Made by a program: the position numbers and the translations under genes. Below, piece by piece: positions 24,353 through 34,696 of a stretch of 64,000 nucleotides of DNA (within the stretch, counting starts at the first letter, position 1; each line of letters starts with the position of its first letter). Source of the DNA: Octopus bimaculoides (taxonomy: Eukaryota); assembly GCF_001194135.2 (NCBI RefSeq), contig NC_069008.1, positions 9,466,683 to 9,530,682 on the forward strand. Direction: 5' to 3'. The notes under the pieces are model-generated. The model was not told the origin of the DNA and did not search any database. It worked only from the letters and a program-made list of their open reading frames with translations.

Positions 24353-26698
24353 TGATGATGATGAGCAGGCTGAATCAATACTTTAGAAAAAATACCCAGT
24401 GGCATTTTTTTGTGTTCCTTAAGTTCTGAGTTGAAATGCTGCTGTGGTTGACTTTTCCATGCATCTTTCTGGGGTTGGATAAGTAAGCACCAGTCGAGTA
24501 TTGGGGTCAATGCAAGTGATTTACCCAAGGTGTGAAACAGCACACCTTGTGCCAAAATTTGAAAACATGATTATTATTAAGGTAGTGAGCTGCCAAAAGC
24601 ATTAGCATGTCAAGCAAAATGGTAAGCAGCTTTTCATCCGTTTTTATATTCTGAGTTCAAACTCCACCAAGATCACTTTGCCTTACACCCTTCTGGACTT
24701 GATAAAATAAAAGTACCAGTTCCTCTCCCAAAACTGCTGGCTTTATAGCCAAATTTGAAACCATTGTTATTATTATTATTATTATTATTGAGTAAGAGAG
24801 TAATATATGCCATCAAAGTGACACTGGGGTACAAATATACAAAGCACAATATACCCATCATGACTACCCATCTAATATGGGTACACCAGGCACATGCATT
24901 ACAACATGTGTGTGACATGATGATCTTATATCAAAATAAACAGAGTATGACCTTGCAAGTGGGACCAAGTTAAAATTTTCTTCAAGTGGAGTAGCCCATC
25001 CCACTCAAAAGGTCCTTGAATAAGGTTTGTTTAAAGATAATGAACAAAACACCCAAGTTTGCAGAGGTGAATTATTCAAACACAAAGAATTCTCCTCAAC
25101 ACATGGCTATCACTCATTTTATCATAGCAGTATCGCTAGGCACTTGTGTCTGATGGCTATTGTGTTTATTACAGGAACTAAATGTGAACACATATCTCTA
25201 CTATGGATCTCTTAGAAAACAAACAGCCTACACATTCAAATGGTTAATGATGCTACAATGATAAAACCCATCACTACTTTTAATGGATGCAATCAGCAAG
25301 TACTCCTAGCATAAATACAGTTTGGTTCACCCACCGCCAAATCCCTTTTCTCATACTTGCACATCTTTTTCGAAAGGAAGTTTTACAGAGATATGTTTAT
25401 GAAGAAATTTTTTTTTTCTTGTTTTTATTTTGGCTCATTTTTATCCTCTGCCACCCAAACTTTGTTACCACCAATTTCTGTACTATGTACATGTTTTCAC
25501 ATTTTACTTTTTTTACTTCTTCAAATTTATGTGTTTGAATCATCAACATTACATAATCTACCCTCTCAAAAGCATATTTTTAAAAGTTATTTTTATATCA
25601 TTTTAAAGAGACTATGTGAGAACAAAGAGACTGATACAAAACTGCCCCTGCTCCTAACTATTTTATAATTTGTACCCACAAAAGTATATTTCTGTAAAAT
25701 TCCAGGGGAACCACAGTCATGCCTAATTTCCACAACATAGTAGTAATCTACACCTTCCAAAACATATCCGAAACAATTTATGGGTCGTTCCATTCAAAAT
25801 CAATGCAGATGATGAAGGTGACCAAAACTGATTTCTTTCAAACTTTGCATGCTAAATGGCCTTTTATATAAAACCCTTAAATATGAAATATTTTTTACCT
25901 GACGCTAATATTTGCTGAGTTATGATCATTTGAAATTTTGAAAAAAGCGACATTTTTCGGTTACTCAATAACTTTGATAAGCCATATCTTGGCTACTATT
26001 TGAGCTAAAAAGCTCATTTTTTTTCTTTTAAAGCATTCAAATAGATCTACAGCTTTTGTTTTGTGTATTTTTTCCTCAAAGTAAAAATTTTAAAATATAT
26101 CAAAATCAACAGATGACTTTGTTGAAATTTTTGGCCAAAAGTTTCAAGCACTTAAAGTACGTGATTTCATTGCAAAGGAACAATCTAATTGAAGGAGAAA
26201 TCTTAAGATGCTGAACAAGGATTTTGTTGAAACAATGCCTAAGCCACTATCCATCCATTTGTCTGTTATTATAAACAAAACCCACAAGAGTAAACAAGAG
26301 AGACAGAGACAGGCAGAAACAAGGAAAATGCCCCTTGTATTTTGAATACTATGCAAATATTCTTTTAAAACACTTTTCATTTAATTTTTCAAAAATTTAA
26401 TTGTTTTCCATACTTAGAGTTGAAAAAGTCTCAATGACTGAAACCGGTACTAAAATGTTTTTTATGATAAAATTATTTCAGCATTTTCTACTTTGACTTT
26501 TTTCCCTGATATATATATATATACTGGAGTAAGCACATTTTCTAACAAAACTGGCCGATGAACGGGAACGTGAAACTCCAAGTAACAGTCTTTTTTTATA
26601 TTTCTGNNNNNNNNNNNNNNNNNNNNNNNNNNNNNNNNNNNNNNNNNNNNNNNNNNNNNNNNNNNNNNNNNNNNNNNNNNNNNNNNNNNNNNNNNNNN

Positions 26699-26730
<32 letters not shown>

Positions 26731-27099
26731 CTTTTCCTTATTTAATTGAATGCTGGGAGAGACATTTTTTTTTAAAAGAGAAGATAGAAGGGACAGAGAA
26801 AAATACGTCCAGTCATTTAGATGTCCAAGCAGGAAAAGGAAAACAGTCATGTGAGGAAAAGAAGGATGGATGATGGTCACGTGTGAGCAGCAAGAGAGAG
26901 AGAAAAAAGGGAAAGGAGATAGATAGAAAATGGTGAAGGAGGGAGGGGGAGAAAGGGAATCAGAGAAGGATGGAGGAAGAAAACAGTACAGAGTAGAGAG
27001 CTGCACAAAAAATGGGTGAAGACAAACTTACTTGGGAATGGATGCATCACGCTCAATTAAATAAATAAATAATACACATATATATATAAAGGGTTAAAA

Positions 27100-27800
27100 A
27101 TAGGTTGGATAAATTTTTCCGAATCATAGGCTTAAGCATTGTTTTTGATGATGAATAACTAAAGCCAACTTATTGGATATTACCCTTAACTTATATAATG
27201 ATTCATATTTCCCATACCATAAACTCTCAACTAATTTAGAATATATTAGCTCTTTCAGTAATCATTCAAAGGCTATTACAAGGAATTTAGTTAGAAATAT
27301 TTCACTTAGACTTTCTAGATTATCTGCTAATGTTGATATCTTCAACAATAAAGCCAAATTTTATAACTCTGCCTTACTTAAAACAGGTTATAAAGAAAAA
27401 AATTACCTATATTAACTCTACTGACATTAATTCTACCCTATTAATCAGGACATGAAAACATGTCATTTCAGTAATAACAATATAAATTTTAGTTCGAATA
27501 ACACTAAATCAAAAAATGTAACTTTGCAGTGTAAGGGAGATAACTGTTCTTTATATCTTAATACATAATAAAAATAAGTCTAGGACTTTTAAAGATAATT
27601 ACTATAACAAGGTGTGTCCTAGTGAAACTGTTTGGTTAGTAATTCCATATGGTAAGCAGATCAAATTGTTCTTGTCTGCTCTGTAACGAAGAACTCTATC
27701 TCATCCTGTTCTCAGAGAATTCTCTTGTAAGCACATTTAAAGAACACGTTTATCATTGTAAACATTGGCAAAAACATACCTTTAGTTCCTATAAGTAATT
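27100..27800 (+). mobile_element. Penelope-like element fragment (RT C-terminal/thumb and linker)
   Basis: LDITLNL...PYHK...YIS.FSNH...I..N....IS.RLSRLS...F....YN.AL..GY, homologous to 32.3-32.55 kb. Confidence 0.8.
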
Positions 27801-28069
27801 TCTACCAATTTATAAAATTCGACCTTTAACTGTCTTCTTACATTTCATTTCCACTACTTATATCTATTTCCATGTTTTTAAGTTTTATTCCCTTTCATCT
27901 ATCACTCTATATTTCTCCACTCTTAATGAGTGCAAGTGAGCCATCATCCATGTGAACACATTTCTCTCCTATGACATCATGAGTCTCTCTCACACTGTCT
28001 TGCAACACGAAACACTTCAAGTCTTTGGTCCTCATGGCACAGAACATTGGCAAATTTTTTCTTATCTGC

Positions 28070-28560
28070 TTCCCCTCTAGCTAAATAAACCTGTCTCCTA
28101 GCTTCCCTTCTGGCATAAGATCATTTGCATCGCAGAACTCCAGCAGTCTGGTTCCCTCCTCATTGCAAGAACCAAAACCATAGCCACCATGTACGCCATG
28201 GAAGCCCCCTGCATGTTGTGCAACTTGTCCATTGAAGTCACCAGCCACAAAGAGAAGGTTCCTGTCATTCGTCAACGAGGTAGTCTGCAAGAGGATGTCA
28301 TAAAATCGGTCTTTCTGCTCATCAGGTAACCCTGGTTGAGAGGCGTAGGCCGAGATAATGGTTGCTAACCCATAATGAAACACTAATCTAAAGTATTCTG
28401 TCGCATACTCTGACTACCTTGATTATCTTATCAACCCATTTCTCCACAAGAAGTATACCCACGCCCCCGACCCTGTCAGTGTTCCCTGCCCAGAAAATCT
28501 TGTACCTGTGTTCTTTGCCATGAGGAACCTCCTCTCCACCTTACTTCTTGGAGGCAGCAC
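28070..28560 (-). mobile_element. RTE APE fragment
   Basis: ORF 28081-28383 (ISAYASQPGLPDEQKDRFYD...FVAGDFNGQV...EEGTRLLEFCDANDL) and LCCLQEVRWRGG. Confidence 0.85.
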
Positions 28561-28639
28561 AAATCAACATATATGTATAATGTATATATATATATGTGTA
28601 TATATAAATTTATATATGTATGTGTGTGTGTATATATAT

Positions 28640-29826
28640 TGTTGTACTTGGGGATGGTCATGTTGCCAGTTTAGCCAATAAAAACACACGCACTATATAT
28701 TTGGTGTTAATTTGCTTCAGCTTTATTTTATTTTTTACATTAATCATATTTCGTCACACCTCTGTGACCTCATCAGTAGTCCTTTGCTTTCTTCTTTCTT
28801 ATTTGTGCGTCTTTCCTTACTAACGATCAGCCATTTTGTATTTTGTATGTGTCTTTATTTGCACAAGTGTATACCCCTATGTGTGTCTTATGTTTAGTAA
28901 GTGTGTATGGGGAGGAGTGCCTGTATTATCTGTATCCCATTGATACATGTTCGTTTAATGTTTTTATTTATTTTGTTCATGTGTTTATACCTACTTACTA
29001 TTTTTTCTTTTCTTTCTTTTTTTTTTGTATTTAATTTGATTCAATTTTGTTAATGTATGTAGTTATTTAATTGCATTTGTTTTTGTGTGTATTGTATTAT
29101 ATTTTGTTCATATTGTTATCAGTTTATGTATGTATACATACTCTTTTACTCTTTTATTTGTTTCAGTCATTTGACTATGACCATGTTGGAGCACCGCCTT
29201 TAGTCGAACCACTAAGTTACAGGAATGTAAATGCACAATATCAGTTTATGGGGATCTTATTCTGCCATATGTTGTAGTGTGTTGGGGGTGTGTGCTAGTG
29301 TTCCATTCCAGTTTCCTATTCAGGCTAAGTTTATCTTCTATTACGTGTAGCTTCTGTAATTTGTCTAAGCGTTGTGTTTGTTCTATGTGTGGACAAGATT
29401 TTAATGGCTATGTTGAGTGAGCCCCCGTGTTCCTGCTTGGTGTGCTGATACAGAACTTCTCTTTCTTAAGTTCCCGCCAAGTTCATTTGCCCGCTCTCCT
29501 ATGCTCCGTGCTGTTTCCCCTACGTACGTCGTTGTCTTGTTACTGCATCGTCCCTCTGCACATCTTATACTATAGACCACATTTCTGGCTTTACAGTTTG
29601 TTTGTGGGCTAAATCTACATACAGTACAGTTCCTATCAGTACAGGGGGTTCTACTGATTAGGGATTTGATAGGGTTGCCTGGCCTTTCAACAACCTTAAT
29701 TCTTAGCTTAAGTTTGTCTAGGGCCCGCTTTAGAAGTTCCCTAGACAAACTTAACCAAATTATTAAGGTTGTTGAAAGGCCAGGCAACACATTTTTGTCT
29801 TCACGTGGGTCTTTATGTATTTCCAA
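28640..29826 (-). mobile_element. Penelope-like element 3' part: GIY-YIG endonuclease, 3' UTR and partial hammerhead (28749-28776)
   Basis: CTVC...CKARNVVYSIRC..C...YVGETARSIGER..E. Downstream CUGAUGA-G-GUCAC(AGAGGU)GUGAC-GAAA, but stem I does not close. Ends next to a (TA/TG)n tract. A SINE fragment lies at about 29140-29230. Confidence 0.75.
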
Positions 29827-30424
29827 AATACTGGTAGAATAGCCCCTCTTGTCTTCATGCAGGCCCCTATGCCTTCATAATCCCAAACTAGAATACTCAT
29901 CTATATAAGTCTAATTAACTGAGAAACACATTAAACACTTACACACAAATAGTCACCCCGCAAACCCACTTTCCCCCAACATGCCATAATAATACACTTT
30001 GCACATACATAGGGCCCCTCCTAGCACTAAGAACTTCCTAAACTCTAGCAATAAGACAATTATTAGCCATAACACATTTTGAAACCACTCAAAATTTGGT
30101 ATGAGTTAGCTCCCTTGTCACCCTGTTAGAGTTCACCTTCACCTACACTGCCAGTGACAACTCATCGTAAAATATAAAAAATTGAATATACACACACAAA
30201 AAAAAATGTGCTTAATTAAACTAGGAAACCTGCACCTACATAATACTCACCCTGCCCTAATTACCCAACGAAACTAACCAATTTACCACAAGCAAACCTC
30301 TACCCAGCGAATTTACCAGCGCAAGAACAAAAATTTAATGTAAGAATTACCACTTTTGTTCACATTACCATCACATATGTATCAATTATTTTTGCATCCT
30401 AACCGATGCATCTATCTATATTCA

Positions 30425-30473
30425 CATTCTGAAGAGATTTACTTAAACAAGTAAATTGAAACGATCGTTAATG
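30425..30473 (+). ncRNA. Type I hammerhead ribozyme motif
   Basis: CAUU-CUGAAGA-GAUUUACU(UAAACA)AGUAAAUU-GAAAC-GAUC-GUU-AAUG. Stem I 4 bp; stem II 8 bp with a closing G-U; stem III palindrome ACGAUCGU; triplet GUU. Confidence 0.7.
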
Positions 30474-30718
30474 CTACCTTCATCTCTGCTTTTACATTCT
30501 TTGTTATCTAATTAATTGAAGACATACCAGCGAAAACCACAACTTTCCCAATGTTATTATATCCATTTTCTTCTATATAACCTAAACTTCGGTTTACCAA
30601 ACGAACCACCTGCTACCATACAACCTTACAAAAGACTGTACCTACCTAGGAGCGACTCTGGATTTAATTTCCCCTCTAACTGATACCTACACAATATATG
30701 TGTGTGTGTGTGTGTATG

Positions 30719-30771
<53 letters not shown>

Positions 30772-30813
30772 AACAATAAATGGAGCAAAACGCATATAAA
30801 TAAAAGTTCCTTT

Positions 30814-30904
30814 AATTCCTACATATGTTTCAAAATATATGTGCACTCTACTCCAAAGAAGTAAGAGCTGCTGGAATTCCACATATATTCCTCATCAGGG
30901 AACC
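30814..30904 (-). ncRNA. Type I hammerhead ribozyme motif with long stem II
   Basis: GGUUCC-CUGAUGA-GGAAUAUAUGUG(insert with hairpin)CACAUAUAUUUU-GAAAC-AUAU-GUA-GGAAUU. Stem I 6 bp including G-U pairs; stem II 12 bp; stem III palindrome ACAUAUGU. Confidence 0.75.
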
Positions 30905-31134
30905 AACATATAAGAGCAAGACAAATGCATAATGATGATGAGGTAACTTATGAGTTATAATATTATATGACCAAGTAAGTGACCATTAGAAGAACGCTGG
31001 TTTACATAGTTATAATGGGAGGGGGGCTGTAAACGCTATACTAAAGGTTTAAACTGAGATAATACTAATATATACATAAACTAATATATTGTTACAGTCT
31101 TCACTATAGCCTGCTAATTTAATGGTTACCAATT

Positions 31135-33585
31135 ATGGAACTTTTTGACATAAGCGCATCCATTAAAGATATTCCTATTCCACCAAGGAATACTTACATC
31201 AAATTACTCATTAGCAAGACTAACTCCTTTTTAAACAGAATCAGATGGAAAACCTATTTCCATGATATTAGGGACATACCAAATAACAAAATGGATATTA
31301 ATTTGAACTTTAAGAATCTTTTCAAATCGAGGAACTCTCCCCCGTCTAACTCTAAGTTGGATAAATTTGAAGAGGACATTTGGTCTATAGTGAGGAATAT
31401 TAAGTTTCATTGCTCTCCTCTCAGGAACAGTCATCTTAAGTACCTCCACAACATTACCAAGAAAATCAATCGAACCAAAGGATTAGTACAGTCGGATAAA
31501 ACTGGAAATTTATACAAACTGTCTAAAGATAAATACATGGAAGAAAGAGATAGAAAAAAACTATAGGACTATCAACAGCAATATTCTACGGAAAGCTAAC
31601 CTGGAAGCTAAGGAAATTATGATCAAATACAATCTGCAAAATAGGACAACCTCTGGTCCCTAAGCAACCTCGTTTTGTTCTTAAGGACCATAAGATAAAT
31701 TTTTGTTCCAACCCTTCCCTACGTCTTATTTGTCCCTCTAGGTCTGACATAGGCATTCTTAGTAAAAACATTCTGGACAAATATGTACCCACAATAATTG
31801 ATAAGTTAAAACTGAATCTTTGGTCAAATTCTTCTCAAGTAATAGATTGGTTTAATTCAATTAAAGATAAGAATAATACCAAATTTATACAGTTTGACAT
31901 TTCTAGTTTCTACTCTTCTATTAACCCTATTATCCTTAACAAAGCACTTTGGTTCGCACATAATAAGGCAGGTCTTTCTAGGGAAGAAATTAATGTAATT
32001 TTAGCTGCTCATAAATCTATCATTAAATTTAACAATAAACTTTGGATCCGTAAGGATACTCCAGAGGCTTTTGATGTTCCTATGGGAAGTTCAGACTCAG
32101 CTCAAATAGCTGATGTGGTCTGTTCGTATTTATTGTATGAATTGGCAGACCAGTTCCCTAACATAAATGGAGGTCTATACAGGGATGATTGTCTGCTATA
32201 CCTCCATAATGCCTCTGCCCAGTGCATACAAAAGGTTAAAAATAGGTTAGCTAGATTCTTTAGAAGAATGGGCTTTGGCATTGTTTTTGAGGATGAGGTC
32301 TCTGTAGCAAACTTTCTAGACATTACTTTAGACTTACATAGTAATACACACTTTCTCTTCCATAAACCATCAACTAATCTCAAGTACATAAGCCCCTTTA
32401 GTAACTATCCAAGACATATAACTACTAACTTGGTTAGGAGTATCTCAATTAGGCTTTCCAAACTTTCCTCTAACTCCCAAATTTTCAATAAGGAGGCTGA
32501 CTTTTATAATTCAGCCTTATTGAAGGCAGGTTATAGAGACAAGGTAAGGTACATCAACTCTTCTAGTGATCTTTCTCCTTTTACACAACATGATACCCCC
32601 TTTACTAGCTTAGATAAACCCATTTCTATTTCTTCCCATTCTTCTCACTTTACTGAGAAAATGAAACATGCTTATCACTCACATAAGAGAGGTGGCCCAA
32701 CTGGCTCTAAACACTTTAACAAATTCAAAAATCTTTATTTATTTAAGCACACTAATACTGTATCTAGATCTGTTGATAATAATATCTGGCTCATCCTCTC
32801 ATTTGGGAAGCAAGTTAAATCAAATTTGGTCCGGCAGTTCAGAGACGCGGTGAGTAGGAACTTTCCTAAGGGTTCCCACTATTACCCAATAATCAACTCG
32901 CATAAGGTTAGATTTGGGTTTTCTAATACTAAAAACTTGTTACAGGTTATTTCTTCCCATAATCTCAGGTTTTTAGATTCTTCTCTAGACAGCCATCCCA
33001 GTTATGATAATAATAATAGTAATGTTCATATCAATAACAAAAATAATTACTCCAATAATTTAACACTCATATGATGGCAATAGTCATTTAGGTATTAATA
33101 TAGGTAGTATGTACAATATTAGGAAACATAACAATATCGGTAGCAATAATAAGATTAGCATCTCAGAAGTAAATCCTAATAGAATTAAGTTTTTAAGTGC
33201 GAATGCCAAGACCAAGAATGTGGTTTCTCAATAGAAGGTAATGTCTCATGCTGATGTCTCGTTTTACGTAGGTAGCTCATCGACGCAGGTCTCCAAGAGA
33301 ATATCAAACCATTATTCTTCATTTAGGGATAGGAATAAAGCTAACACCACCGGCCTAAGTAAATTTATTTGGGAACTGAAAGATTGCAATAAACAATTCT
33401 CTTTGGAATGGTCTGTACTGGCTACCTCAGTTCCCTACGACAAAGGTAAGGATTTTTGTCCTCTTTGTAACTTGGAGCTTTTCCATATTCTGTTCTCCAA
33501 GAATCGCCTAGTAAACCAAATAACACAGAGAGCGCATCGATGTCAGCACTGGCAGAGACATACCTTCATTTATTACCATTAATTC
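31135..33585 (+). mobile_element. Near full-length Penelope-like element ORF (RT plus GIY-YIG), frameshifted
   Basis: N-terminal IPIPP..YI..LI.K..SF..RIRWK, ADKTGN-like SDKTGNLY, FIQFDISSFY (~31880), PMGSSDS, YRDD (32178-32189), FLDITL, and a GIY-YIG part FYVGSSSTQVSKRISNH...SKFIWELK...CPLCNLE. The 3' end runs into an N gap. Confidence 0.9.
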
Positions 33586-34070
33586 NNNNNNNNNNNNNNN
33601 NNNNNNNNNNNNNNNNNNNNNNNNNNNNNNNNNNNNNNNNNNNNNNNNNNNNNNNNNNNNNNNNNNNNNNNNGACGTTAAACGACGATGATGATGATGAT
33701 GATGATGATATCATCATCATCATCAACATCGTCGTTTAACGTCCGCTTTCCATGCTAGCATGGGTTGGACGATTTGACTGAGGACTGGTGAAACCAGATG
33801 GCTACACCAGGCTCCAATCTGAACACCGTGTATCCAGCAAAGTACATAGAAGATTGTTTATCCCTATATATCTATGTATGTGGCGGGCTTTTCGAATTGC
33901 ATCTCGGTACATATGTTATTTTCAGAATAAATTCAGCACTGAATATATTCTGGTTATATATTTAAATTCAATAATAGGATGAATTCTTTTACAAGAATTT
34001 ATCAAGTAGCTAGATACACGGTGTTCGTTTGGTACGTTGATTTTCTGTTTACTTCTATTTATCTTGACCA

Positions 34071-34200
34071 TATTATACAACTTCTACTCGTCAGTATAAT
34101 ATCATCATCATCGTTTAACGTCCGCTTTCCATGCTAGCATGGAAAGCGGACGTTAAACGATGATGATGATATTATACTGACGAGTAGAAGTTGTATAATA
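34071..34200. repeat. Perfect 130-bp palindrome with no loop, centred on the RTE-tail CATGCTAGCATG site
   Basis: Checked base by base at both ends and the centre (34135/34136); no mismatch was seen by eye. Confidence 0.9.
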
Positions 34201-34365
34201 CTACAATAACTACAAAATCATGATCTATAATTCAGTCTGTTTTTAAGGGGCTGGCTTTGAGAGTTGCATTTCCTCGCGTTCGGTAAAAATGTGTTTTTTA
34301 TGGTAGTCTGACCTTAGAGTCCCTCATAGCGTGAGGCATTCTTGTATAGTAATGCCCTTATATAA

Positions 34366-34399
<34 letters not shown>

Positions 34400-34651
34400 A
34401 TGTGTTTGTATCCCCACCATCACTTGACAACTGATGTTACTGTGTTAACGTCCCATAAGTTAGCCGTTACAAACTGATAGTATAAGTACTAGGCTTACAA
34501 AGAATAAAATCCTGGGGTCGATTTCGACTAAAGGCGGTGCTGCAGCATGGCCACAGTCATATGACCAAAACATGTAAAACAATAAAAAAACTATGCCATT
34601 TTGAACCCCGAGCAAATGCCAGGTATCTCTGCTAGTGTGTGTGTGTGTGTG

Positions 34652-34696
<45 letters not shown>

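Noticed and set aside
34157-34215. CTGACGAG as another hammerhead core
   Set aside because: A short stem (GTAG/CTAC) is possible, but no GAAA follows.
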